The position numbers and the translations under genes are program-made. A stretch of DNA of 64,000 nt, from the NCBI RefSeq assembly GCF_018350175.1, contig NC_058373.1:113338001-113402000 (forward strand). Reading direction: 5' to 3'. The DNA comes from Felis catus. Lineage: Eukaryota. Under the pieces are notes generated by a model. It saw only the letters and a list, made by a program, of their open reading frames with translations. It was not told where the DNA came from and made no database searches. Position 1 is the first letter of the stretch, and each line of letters starts with the position of its first letter. Of this stretch, positions 1 to 11,612 are shown piece after piece.

Positions 1-708
1 GGACAGCTGACAAAAAGAACTTCGACTTAGCAATTGGCAAGTTCCTCTGAGAAAGTTTAACATCTTTTTGCAGGACCACAACTAATACCCTAATGAATTG
101 CGAAAGCAGAGAAAGGAAGCTTGAGAAATCTGGACTCTGTATTTGTCAAGATAGGCTGCTCTTTTTTTTTTTTTTTAATTTTTTAATGTTTTATTTATTT
201 TTGAGAGAGAGAGAGAACACAAGCGGAGGAGGGGCAGCCCCATGCAGGGCTCAAACCCACAAACCGCAACCTGAGCCGAAATCAAGAGTCAGCCTCAGAC
301 ACTTAACTGACTGAGCCACCCAGACGCCCCCAACCTGTCCATTTTTAATAAGATATGTTTATTATTTTCCCAACATCAAATTAAAATTATATAAAAGAAA
401 ATACATCCATAATCCTGCCACCTAAACAAGTAAATCTTCATTTTCCCAACCATTTAGATCCTCTTATTTTAATGTTTATATTGTTGAAAAGATGATATAA
501 TACAAAACATTTTTGAATGAAATAAAAATATTACACACAATCCTAATAGCCTTTCAGTGTTACATGTTGCTCTCTCATTGCATCTCTTAGTTATTACACT
601 TTTAAAAATTATTGTAGTCCTAGTGTGAACATACGTGTGTACTGGTAAAATATAAACCGACATATTTAAGATTTTAAGTTTGAGCAAAAATCCACTTGAA
701 TAAGGCAA

Positions 709-966
709 TGTCAAAAGGGAAGTAGTTAGGAGCTCTCCACTTGGTGGGAGGTAGGGGCAAGACTTTTATAGAGAAGAGGTGGAAGGAAAGCAGGGAATTA
801 TGTGATTGGCTATAGCTTAAGGTGACCTTGTTGTCTGTGATTAGTTGTGCCTAGGTTTGGATTTCTTAACCTTGAGGCATTGACAGGTTTAGGCTTTGGT
901 TTGCTTAGGGAGGCAGCTAACCTATTAGAAACACCCTGATGGCTCCTTTGTTTAATTAATTTAACA
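709..966 (-). mobile_element. ERV1-like LTR fragment
   Basis: TG...TTAACA termini, imperfect 4-bp flanks GCAA/GTAA, LTR-like composition. Confidence 0.45.
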
Positions 967-2049
967 GTAATTAAAAATTAATGTTTGGCAAACATTTTCC
1001 ATATTTCTACAGATTTTGAAGTTTTTTAAATTTATTTTTGAGAGAAAGAGAGAGGGGGGAGGGGCTGAGAGAGAGAGGGACAGAGGATCCAAAGTGGGCT
1101 CTGTGCTGACAGCAGAGCCCAATGTGGGGCCCGAACTCACAAACCACGATACCATGACCTGAGTCAAAGCCACACAAAGTGCCCCTTTCTACAGATTTTT
1201 TAAAATAAATACCATTTAAAATAGTTACATAGCATTCCATCATGTTATTCTATAATTTATTTATTATCACACTGTTGTTTTCCTATCCGCTGAAAATGGC
1301 GAGTAATTATTTCAAGTAAGGCAGAACAACAGTAGAAAAAATAGGCATATAAAAAGAAGCCTATTGAAACAGATAAAGCAGAAAGTAGAATTTTTGTTTT
1401 GCTTTTCATAGAGTCATATCCCCATCTTGTGACATTCTAAGATAGTAGCGCTTAATATTTTCAAGTCGAGGAACACCTGGCTTTTATGTGGAAGGTTTCT
1501 CTCCCCTTTTAACATCAAGACACCTTGTGTCATTGTACACTAAAGGTTTTTTAAGTGGAATAAAACAAGCTTGTGGGAAAGCTTAGTTAAAACAGTGATC
1601 TAGTGGGGTGCCTGGGTGGATCAGTCGGTTAAGCGTCCGACTTCAGCTCAGGTCATGATCTCACGGTTCGTGGGTTCGAGCCCCGTGTCAGGCTCTGTGC
1701 TGACAGCTCGGAGCCTGGAGCCTGCTTCGGATTCTGTGTCTCCCTCTCTCTCTGCTCCTCCCCCACTCACACTCTGTGTCTCTCTCTCAAGAATAAATAA
1801 ACACTAAAAAACAAAAATTAAAAATAAAATACAATAAAATAAAACAGTGATCTAGTTTGATGGGTGTAGGTTTGACAAACAGGTTTGATCAGACCACTAC
1901 AGTCTCAATTTCATGTGGTCAATAGCAACAACTTCTTTAAGTGGTTTCGATCAAGCCACAACTGTGTAGCCTAGGTAATAAGTTACCCTCAGGCGAAATG
2001 TTTCTGAAGATTGAAAAGGAAAGGTGAATAGACCTTGGGTGAAGAAAGC

Positions 2050-2214
2050 CTTGCTGTTCAAAGTGTAGTAAGTAGACCAGCAGCATTGGCATCACCTAGG
2101 AGCTCATTTGAAATGCAGCTTCTTGGTTCTCACCCCAGACTTATAGAGACGGAATCTGAGTTTTAACAAGATCCTCAGGTGATTTGCTTGTGCATTAAAG
2201 GTTGAGAAGCACTG
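2050..2214. mobile_element. MER5A-like hAT-Charlie element (related pieces at ~2440-2610, ~9110-9255, ~12040-12260)
   Basis: Typical core gaccagcagcattggcatcacct...ttaacaagatcctcaggtgatt...ttgagaagcactg. Confidence 0.75.
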
Positions 2215-2611
2215 GGGCGCCTGCGTGGCTCAGTCGGTTAAGCATCCAACTTCAGCTCAGGTCATGATCTCGCGGTTTGTCGGTTTGAGCCCCACATTGA
2301 ATCGGGCTCTGTGCCTGCTTTGGATTCTGTGTCTCTGTCTCTCTCGGCCCCTTCCCTGCTTGTGCTCTATCTCTCTCTCAAAAATAAATAAACATTAAAA
2401 AAAAAAGTTGAGAAGCACTGAAAGATATAACACTTAATACTGGATTCTCTAACCTGTGTATTAGAAGCACTTGAAGAGTTTTTAAAAACTCTACTACTTG
2501 GGTCCATCCCAGATAATTGAATAAAAATGGGTGGGGGGCCAGGAGGGTATGAGCATGAGCATTTTTTGGAACCTGCCTAGTTTATTTTTAACAGCTGCCA
2601 GGGTTGAGTAG

Positions 2612-3517
2612 TGTTGGGAGGAAATCTTTTACTCTACCATCTCAGATTCATGTAGTTGAATGTGAGTTACCTGCAAATTATCTGAACAATAGATGTATTA
2701 CCCAGAGAAAGAAGAATTGTTCAGTAATGAGTAACTAGATAGCCAGAGATAAAGTTATAACTAACACCTAAAAAAGGGGGATTAGGGCTTCATACTTAAA
2801 ATTGTGGAAAGTTCTGTTGGGCTTTTTGAAGCTAATGAGCACCTGAATTCACACTTTTTATGATGGTCAGTCTTTTCCAATCAGGAGATTCCCTCATTGG
2901 GATAAGATATAGGGAAACATGGCAGCTGTATTTGGGAGGCTCTGCTTAAATTTCTTGCTTTAGGGGCGCCTGGGTGGCTCAGTCGGTTGGGCGTCCGACT
3001 TCGGCTCAGGTCACGATCTCACGGTCCATGAGTTTGAGCCCCGCGTCGGGCTCTGGGCTGATGGCTCAGAGCCTGGAGCCTGCTTCCGATTCTGTGTCTC
3101 CCTCTCTCTCTGCCCCTCCCCCATTCGTGCTCTGTCTCTCTCAGTCTCAAAAATAAATAAACATTGGGGCGCCTGGGTGGCTCGGTCGGTTAAGCGTCCA
3201 ACTTGGGCTCAGGTCACGATCTCATGGTCCGTGGGTTCGAGCCCTGCGTTGGGCTCTGTGCTGACAGCTCAGAGGCTGGAGCCTGTTTCGGATTCTGTGT
3301 CTCCCTCTCTCTGTGACCCTCACCTGTTCATGCTCTGTCTCTCTCTGTCTCAAAAATAAATAAACGTTAAAAAAAAAAAATTAAAAAAAAAATAAACATT
3401 AAAAAAATTTTTTTTTCAAAAAAAAATTTCTTCCTTTATTATTTCTTTAGCTGCTGATCAGATATTTTCTGTTTCAAGTAATTTTCATACTACTTTGGTA
3501 GACTATTAACCCCTTCA
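2612..3517 (-). mobile_element. Probable ERV1 (MER34-like) solo LTR interrupted by two nested CanSINEs (2962-3425)
   Basis: TG start and ...ccccttCA end; SINE inserted into the tail of another SINE. Confidence 0.5.
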
Positions 3518-5130
3518 GAACTATTACTCCAATTCCATAATGCTCTTCCTCATCCAGGTTTAACACCTCTCCCTTTTCTGGTTCCATCCCTAATTTGTAG
3601 CTAAGTGTGATTTACTGTACCAGCACAGTACTTTTTTTTTTTTTAATGTTTATTTATTTTTGACAGAGAGAGATAGAGCATGAGTGGGGGAGGGGCAGAG
3701 AGAGGGAAACACAGAATCTGAAGCAGGCTCAGGCTCTGAGCTGTCAGCACAGAACCCGACGTGGGGCTCGAACTCACAGACTGTGAGATCATGACCTGAG
3801 CCGAAGTCAGACGCTCAACCGACTGAGCCACCCAGGTGCCCCACCAGCAGAGTACTTTTAACATCTATTCCTTATCCCCCTGACTGTACTAATTAACCCA
3901 GTTCTCATACATACCCTCAACCACATCATCTTATTTGATTTTTTTCACACGCATTAGTGCCTATAATTCTCTCTCTCCAGGAGAAGTTGGACTCTTTATC
4001 ACTGTATCCCTAGCCCTTAGAATATTGCCTGACAAGTGGGCTCTCAAATATTTATTGGTTCTCTCCTTCTACTTTCATCACTCAAGTTCATGTCTCTTAG
4101 CTGATATCAGTATTCTCACGATTCCCCACACACCCACCGGATTCTTCCTGGAAAATCCTTAAGGCTCAGCTTGAATGCTAATTCCATGAAATCTTCTGTT
4201 CCCATATAAGAATGGGAATTACATCCTTGGAATTTTCCTAGCATAAAGAGATAGGACTTCTTTGAAAAGACACTTTCACGTGCCATTTAATATCCAGGCA
4301 TTCGATAAAATATTATTGAACACCTCTTGTGTCAGGAACTGTGTTAAATGACAGTGAGTAAGACACCATTCCTGCTCTCACAGGAGCTGCTTCCAAGGAG
4401 AAAGAGTCCTTTATTTATTTTTAAATGTTTATTTATTTCGGGGGTGCCTGGGTGGCTCAGTCAGTTGAAAGTCTGACTTCGGCTCAGGTCATGATCTCAC
4501 AGTCTGTGGGTTTGAGCCCCACACTGGGCTCTGTGCTAACAGCTTGGAGCTTGGAGCCTGCTTCAGATTCTGTGTCTCCCTCTCTCTCTGCTCCTCCCCT
4601 GCTCACACTCTGTCTCTCTCTCTTTCTCAAAAATAAAAAAACTTAAACATTAAGAAAATATATATATTTAAAAAATAAATGTTTATTTTTGAGAGAAACA
4701 GAGCGAGCAGGGGAGGGGCACAGAGAGAGGGGGACAGAGGATCTGAAGTGGGATCTGCACTGACAGCAGTGATCCCGATGTGGGGCTCCATCCCTTGAAC
4801 CATGAGATCGTGACCTGAGCCATGCATGCACCACCTAGGTTACCGTATCTTAAATGGAGATAATAGTGTCTATGTCATTGCCTTGTGAGGAGAATTAAAT
4901 AATACTTGTAAAGCATATAATAACACATATAAAGCATATAATAATCATTCAGCAGACTCAGCAAATACTGTTATTATGTCTAATTCAACTTAAGAGGTCT
5001 GGAAAGGCTTCTTCAAAGAAGGGACTTTGACACCGAAACCTTAAGGATGACAAGAAATTAAGTGAAGGAAAGGAGGAAGGGAGAGGGGAGAAAGGGAAAC
5101 TGTGCCTCATAGGGTTGATGAGGTTAAAAT

Positions 5131-5597
5131 TGTCACTGGGAAGACAACCCCCTCCCACTTCTTCACAGGAATGTTAACCTTATCTTTTAGAGGCAAACAA
5201 TAGCAAGAGCTTGCTAGCCTAGACCAGTTTGAAATTGGCCACTGACTCAAACCACAGTAGATGGACCACAGAGTACCTGACAGTTTCCTCTACTTCATTA
5301 TACTGTTAACATCTCAGCCCAAGGAGGAGCACAAGCTTCATTAACATGGGATACAAGTATAGGCATGTCTTCTAAATATGCTGTGCAGCCTTATGCCCAC
5401 CTTTACACGCGATGACAAAACTCCCCTTTCCGAATATGCATCCTAACCCTAAATAAAAGAAACCCATTCACCTCCACTCAGGGGTCCTGGCCTTGAAAGT
5501 TATTCCCCAGGATCTCATTTGCCACAAATAAAGTTTCCTCCACCTCCCGCAGTCTCTGTAACTCACCAAGGAGAGAACTCAGGGTAGTTTGGTTACA
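5131..5597 (+). mobile_element. Solo ERV1-class LTR
   Basis: TGTCAC...GTTACA termini, 4-bp TSD AAAT (5127-5130, 5598-5601), TATA-like and AATAAA motifs inside. Confidence 0.75.
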
Positions 5598-6179
5598 AAA
5601 TGTCCCAAACTGAAGAATAGTCGGGTAGAGGCTTAAGAATGGAACCTGAAGAAAGAACAAAGTGTTCAGGTGTCCTTTGTAGCCTTGGCCTTCCACTGGT
5701 GCCAAGACAGATTTCACACTAAGTTTCATTTATACCTTGATGGTAGCCATATGGCTGCTTTTGTGTCCCTGTCACTGATCAAAGCTCATACTGAAAACCC
5801 TTCTGTCTTGTGGCGGTGATGGGGGTGTGTGAGGAGTATGTAAGGGGCTCAGGTGGCTGCCTCCACACCGGGCTGTGGGGTGTGCAGGCAATTAAACCAG
5901 GCACTTACAGTTACATCCCTTCCTTTATTCCTCTCTATTCAGCCTTTCTATGAACCTGGGAGTCCCCACTGGGTGGTAGACAGACTCTATACTTTACCCC
6001 CATAGAATGTAGCCTCTGCTTTGTTGCCTTAACTGTATCTTAGGGTTATTATGTTAATTCTCCCAGCCCCCAGATAGAAGAGCAAAGCAAGAAAGAAAGA
6101 ACTACATTTTCCCAACTCCCTAATGCAGATTCAGTACATTTAACCCTCTGCTTTTGTGTAAAAAATTCTTCCTCTGAAG

Positions 6180-6700
6180 TTCATGCTCTTCATGGCTGCC
6201 TCTGAGATCTGTTCTTTGCCTGTCATTCTGACTCAACACCTACACCCCCCTTTGCTCTGCACATTTGGGCTACACAGGCATTCTTGCTCTTCTTCTGACC
6301 CACAAGCATGTTTTAACTTTATGGCTTTGGATCTTTCTGTTCCTGTAAGCCTAGAAGGCTCTACTCCCTTGAGAGTAGTTGTTATGACCAGAGAGAACTT
6401 GTTATGACCAGCTCCTTCTCATCATTTAGGTGTCTGGCTGAAATGTCAGTTTGGAGAGGCCTTCCCTGATACCCCTTGCTAAAACATGACCTCCTGACCC
6501 ATTACCTTGTTTTATTTTCTCCATAGCATTTACTAGTATGTGAGATTATTTAACTGCTTGACTGGTTTCCCCACTAGAATGTAAGCACTGGGAGTCATGG
6601 GCTATTATCTGTCTTCATCTCTATGCACAGTACATAGAACAATACTTTGCACACACTAAGTGCTCAGTAAAGTGTTCAATAAATGAATGAATGAATGAAT
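6180..6700 (+). mobile_element. L2 LINE 3' end
   Basis: ccactagaatgtaagc...gtgctcagtaa...(atga)n tail. Confidence 0.7.
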
Positions 6701-6755
6701 ACTTTTTTTAAATGAAAGAGAGCCTCTAAATTTTAGAGTCTAAAGGTGTGGTTGG

Positions 6756-7037
6756 AAACTTAACAGAAACCCATAGGGGAGGGGAAGGAAAAAAAAAAGA
6801 GGTTAGAGGCGGAGAGAGCCAAAGCATAAGACACTCTTAAAAACCGAGAACAAACTGAGGGTTGATGGGGGGTGGGAGGAAGGAGAGGGTGGGTGATGGG
6901 TATTGAGGAGAGCACCTTTTGGGATGAGCACTGGGTGTTGTATGGAAACCAATTTGTCAATAAATTTCATATATTGAAAAAAAAGTAGCCAATAAAGATC
7001 AGGATGCCTCTATTAAAAAAATAAAAAATAAAAAAAA
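6756..7037 (+). mobile_element. Young 5'-truncated felid L1 3' end with a short 3' transduction
   Basis: L1 3'UTR (gagaacaaactgagggttgatggg...gggatgagcactgggtgttgtatggaaacc); 15-bp TSD TAAAGGTGTGGTTGG at 6741-6755 and 7038-7052. Confidence 0.9.
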
Positions 7038-7777
7038 TAAAGGTGTGGTTGGTGAGCTCAACTCAGCTCTTTAGCATGTAAAAGTAGAAGTCTGGAACGA
7101 AATCTTCGGGGACTTCCACTCCATTTTTTTAAAGCTTATTTTTATTTATTTTGAGAGAGATAGAGAACAAGTGGGGCAGGGGCAGAGAGAGAGAGAGAGG
7201 GAGAGAGAGAATCCCAAGCAGGCTCTATGCTGTCAGCGCCGAGCCCTGCATCAAACTCAAACTCATGGACTGTGAGATCATAACCTGAGCCCAAGTCAAG
7301 AGTCAGACGCTGAGCCACCCAGGCACCCCTAATTTTTTTTTTTAGAGAGAGAGAGCATGCAAGTGATGAGGGGCAGAGAGAGAGAAAGAGAGAATCCCAC
7401 AAGGAAGAAGAGAGAGAGAGAGAGAAGCAGGGCTCACCTGAGGCTCATATTTTACCAGAAGCGGGGTTCAAGTTCACTGACATGGGACTCAAACTCATGA
7501 ACTGTGAGATCATGACCTGAGCTAAAGTCAGATACTTAAGGACTGAGCCACCCAGATGCCCCTGGGGACTTCCATTCCATTCCATATCAGAGCCATAGAC
7601 CAAGGTTCATGAGTAAGGATTTCGTAAGAATCTGGAAGGTTTATTATTTGCCAAACTCCTGTTATGTGCCAAGCACTGTATTCAGGAAGGGATGAAGTGA
7701 TGAGCAGAGAGGGTTATGGTCCCTGCCTTTGAGAATTTTGTTTAGACTTTTCTGAGTTTCCTTGGATTTTCAGTAAA

Positions 7778-8180
7778 CAATGGTATGCTGGAGACTGCTT
7801 TTAGCCACCTGCAATACCCTATCGCTAAATTTTCAAGAATGTCTGAGCAAGTTGTTAAATGCTATTATTAAAAAATCAAATTATATAAACTTACAAGTAA
7901 ATTATATTAGGAACAAAGATAACATACATTCAAAACTTGTCATTGCCTAATTATTTTACTATATCTTGCCATTATTTATGCTCTTGACATTATTTATGTT
8001 GATATTTGTATGGTGGAAATACTGTATGATGAGCACCTTTTCCCAACTCCATCATCAGTGACATCACAATGGTAGCTTGGGAGTATACACACCATGGAAC
8101 TCAGCAAACACCATAATCAGGTCTTCCCTACTCACCACCCTGTCCCCTACCCCACTCCCCCCACACGCTCTGCTAGCAGC
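7778..8180. mobile_element. MER63-like hAT-Blackjack element
   Basis: caatggtatgctggag...aaattttcaagaat...ggtagcttgggagtatacacaccatggaa. Confidence 0.6.
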
Positions 8181-10029
8181 CTATTAAGGATAGAGTGTGT
8201 GTTGGCAGGCGCTGAAATAAAGAGGCAGAGTATCTATGTTCTCCAATAAAGGAAGGAGAAAGGCAGCACAACTTGTTTTGGGTCTCAGGAAGAAGGGTCC
8301 TAGACCTATGGTATAACAGTACAAGTTTTAAAGTAAATTTCTAGGGGCGCCTGGGTGGTTAAGTGTCAGCGCAGGTCATGATCTTGCGGGCTGTGAGTAT
8401 GAGCCCCACGACGGGCTCTGTGTTGACAGTTCAGAGCGTGGAGCCTGCTTTGAATTCTGTGTTTCCCTCTCTGCCCCTTCCCCACTCATGCTCTGCCTCT
8501 CTCTCTCTCTCTCTCAAAAATAAACATTAAAAAATATAAAGTAAATTTCTAAAGCTTAGCTCGTTCTTCTATGACTTTTATAACTTTAGGATATTACCTT
8601 TAATAACTTATTTTGAAAATAAATGCATGTTTTAAAAATAAAAGCATACCAGTTATTTTTCAGGGTTTTAAAAATGAGTCATATAATATTTCAGGTATAT
8701 AGAAGTAATAATCATTAGAATTTTAAAGGGTAATAGTAATATGACAATCTACTGTTCACTCTCCTGGAGCATAATAATGTGGAACTGGTAATTCACCTCT
8801 GACTAAACTGTAGGTAATGGAAAACCAGTGAAAAAACATGCAGGATTAATGTAGTACTTTAGAAAGGTCAATCTGGTGACCCACAGTAAGTATTTAAGAA
8901 ATAGCCTTCACAGGAGTCCAGGAGAGCCTGAAGTGAACTGTGCCAGTATTAATTTCAGAAAACATAGTCAAGGAGAAGAAACTGGATGTGGTGAAGCGCA
9001 AGAAAAAGGTACCAAGATAATTCCAAGGATCTGAACAAGTGTGACAGTATCAGTGACTGTGAATCCCTGACTATACCCCTACTGCTCCCTACAGCCCCTG
9101 ACCCTGGAGAGACTGTGAAAATTTAGGTTGCTGGTGCTCCACCCCCAGAGTTACTGAGTTAGTAAATTTAGGGGTAGAACCTAATGATTTCCACTTGACA
9201 TGTATGCGAAAGTTGATGCTGCCAGCCCAGCGACCACACTTTCAGAACTACTACCTTACGGCTATATCCTGCTTATTTTGCTAAAGCTTCAGACATGTCT
9301 TTGTTAAACCAGCAGGGGGAGACAGGTATAACATGTATCTTCTAAAAATAAACTGCTTTATAATACTAAAGCTCCTTGGAGTTATGATGTTGCCATGGAG
9401 AGACTTCTTAAATATTTTGGAAAGCAGCATGTAAGTTGATACCAGGTGAGATAATTTTTCTGTTGTTTGTGTAAAAATGTATTTTGGTAGGACTAACGTG
9501 CAAATTTCGGCAAGCCCTAATGCCACGGTTAAGAATTTAGAATCTGGAGTCACACAGCTCTGGCACTTACAAGCTATGTGACTTTGGGAAAGTGATCTGA
9601 TGTTGTATTCTCGTCTTTAAAATAGTCCCTTATTTATGGAATTGTTAGCAGGCCAAATGTTCTTGGAACTTTAGTTGGATATTATTAAAATATTATTAAA
9701 ACTCTGAGTAGTTACTTTCAGCTCTTTAACCTCCCCCAAATTTAGAAATAATCTAGATATATTGTTTGGTGTTTAATAACCAGTGCTCGGTTATTCAGGT
9801 AAAGAATTGAAAACACCTGGAACGTAATTGTTTTGTATAATCCTAACCTCCCCATCCAAAATACCTAGGAGAGTGAATTTTTATTAACATGCCTGACCCA
9901 GAGAGCTCCAGTCTATTTTTGATTTCCTAACCTTCAACGCCCAAAGATGGGTAGGTTTGTTTTTTGGACCCAGAGTTGAGATGGAACAGAGGAGATGGAT
10001 GGTAGCTTCGTTTTGGCAGAGCACTCAAG

Positions 10030-11270
10030 TGGGGTCAGACCAGCCCAGCCAGACCCAGACCAGGCAGCCCTTCCCTAGAGTTGGCATCTGCGCGGCACGC
10101 ATTTGTGTGAAGAGAGTCCCGAACTGCGAGCTTTCGAATTGGTTCCTGTTCGCCAACTTCGAGGGTGCTGGCCGCTTCCCGCCAAGGAACACACCTGCCC
10201 GTGACCGCGCTCTTATTGGCCAGACACCGACACAAGCCTCATGGCGTCAGCTGTAGGGGCTCGTCCCTGGAGGGAAAGTCCCAGCCAGGGCTTGATGACG
10301 TCATCAAAGGCGTGTCTAGGCCCTGAGGAACAGTGGGCGGGGTCGGTGGGAAGGTGTGAGGGGGGCTGGTAGGGGGCGTGGGGGCGTGGCCGGGCGGTGG
10401 TACATCACGGGGCGGGGCGGTGCAACTGGCGCCCGGGTAGGTAAGCCCGGCGCCTGGCGGCTGCGCTCACTTAAGACGGCTAGCCGCACGAAGTAGCTTC
10501 TAGGTCATCTGTGTCCCGCGCTGCCGGTCATGTCCCTGAGAAGCAGCCTCTCGCGTCTCCTCCGGACGCGAGTGCATTCCGTCCTGAAGAAGTCGGTTCA
10601 CTCGGTGGCTGTGATCGGAGCCCCGTTCTCACAGGGACAGGTGAGAACCGGGACCTGGCACCGTGGGGCAGAACCTGGAGAAAGCGGGGGTGGGGTGAGG
10701 GACGGGGAGGCGAGGAGAAGATGGGGAGAGACGGAGGGGCACGAGGTGGTGGGTTCCCGCTATTGGGCACTGGGAGAGCACGTGGGGTTTTCCCTGGTAG
10801 AAGATGGGGAGGGAGGAAGGAGATGGAGGGCATCCTGTTTGCGCTGCGGGAGGGGGGCCGCGGGCTGGCGGGTTTCTGCGGCCTCCCCTGGAGAAGCGAG
10901 AAAGTGGTGGGACCCGCTTGGGGTGTTGCGGGGGAGGGGAGGAGGGACAGGATTTCATGGAGGGGCTGGGGGGGGGGGGGGGGGAGAAACCGGCCAGAAT
11001 ACCCGGTGGAAAATCGAGGGAGAAGAGGTTGAAGAGAGCGACCGAGGATTTAAGGCTTCAGGGTCTATTCTCAGAAAGCGTTCACTGGCGGGGAAATTGG
11101 CGCTGCCGGCTCTAGCGGCGGGAGGCCGGGAGGGGCTGTTTTGATCAATGAGGGAAACCTGCGGTCGTGGAGAGCTCACCGCTCTAGAAGTCCGGGCTCA
11201 GGCCTTTGCCAGGCACACTCACACACCCCCCGGCCGCCGGATCCCGACCTGGCTCAGCCCCTTCCCCTGT
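10030..11270 (+). promoter_or_regulatory. CpG island / TATA-less ARG2 promoter with inverted CCAAT (10215-10219), NF-kB site (10273-10282), CRE (10296-10303) and GC boxes (10335-10340, 10409-10420)
   Basis: Sharp rise in GC and CpG content around the ATG; motifs read directly. Confidence 0.85.
10530..10640 (+). CDS. ARG2: ARG2 exon 1 (coding part), including the mitochondrial targeting peptide
   Basis: MSLRSSLSRLLRTRVHSVLKKSVHSVAVIGAPFSQGQ; donor CAG|GTGAGA at 10641. Confidence 0.97.
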
Positions 11271-11539
11271 CTTGGCCTCTGCTTGTTCTTCCCACAGTCT
11301 GGGGTTTGGAAGGTTGATGGGATTCCAGTAATAGTTGTTTTTCCCTCTTTCCCTGCAAGTGTTTGAAATGAGCCGTCCTCAGGTGAAAATAAAATGAAGG
11401 GCTAATGCTGTCACAGGTTTTCAGAGGGATCTGCTGGGAACTAAGTATAGAATTAGCAAATTTCTGTATTTTTGTGAAATAAAGTGGTCTTATTTCCAAT
11501 CCTCTGACCTCAGATCTAAATGTGTAATTTGTGTGACAG

Positions 11540-11612
11540 AAAAGAAAAGGAGTGGAACGTGGTCCTGCTGCCATCCGAGAAGCTGGCTTGATGAAAAGAC
11601 TCTCCAGTTTAG
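11540..11612 (+). CDS. ARG2: ARG2 exon 2
   Basis: acceptor gacag|; KRKGVERGPAAIREAGLMKRLSSL(G); donor |gtaagt. Confidence 0.97.

Larger units (their letters stand above)
160..8535. repeat. CanSINEs upstream of ARG2 (approx. 160-330 -, 1022-1185 -, 1604-1845 +, 2214-2407 +, 2962-3425 + nested, 3632-3842 -, 4410-4840 nested +/-, 7125-7563 - x2, 8344-8535 +)
   Basis: tRNA-derived head GGGGCGCCTGGGTGGCTCAGTCGGTTAAGCG, (CT)n region, A tail; several have TSDs. Confidence 0.9.

Noticed and set aside
1..160. Possible 5' end of a neighbouring upstream gene
   Set aside because: No CpG island, exon or recognisable coding sequence
1604..1690. tRNA-like A/B box sequences
   Set aside because: tRNA-derived SINE heads, not tRNA genes
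9957..11366. Cluster of long overlapping ORFs on both strands
   Set aside because: Stop-codon depletion in the CpG island; only ARG2 exon 1 is supported
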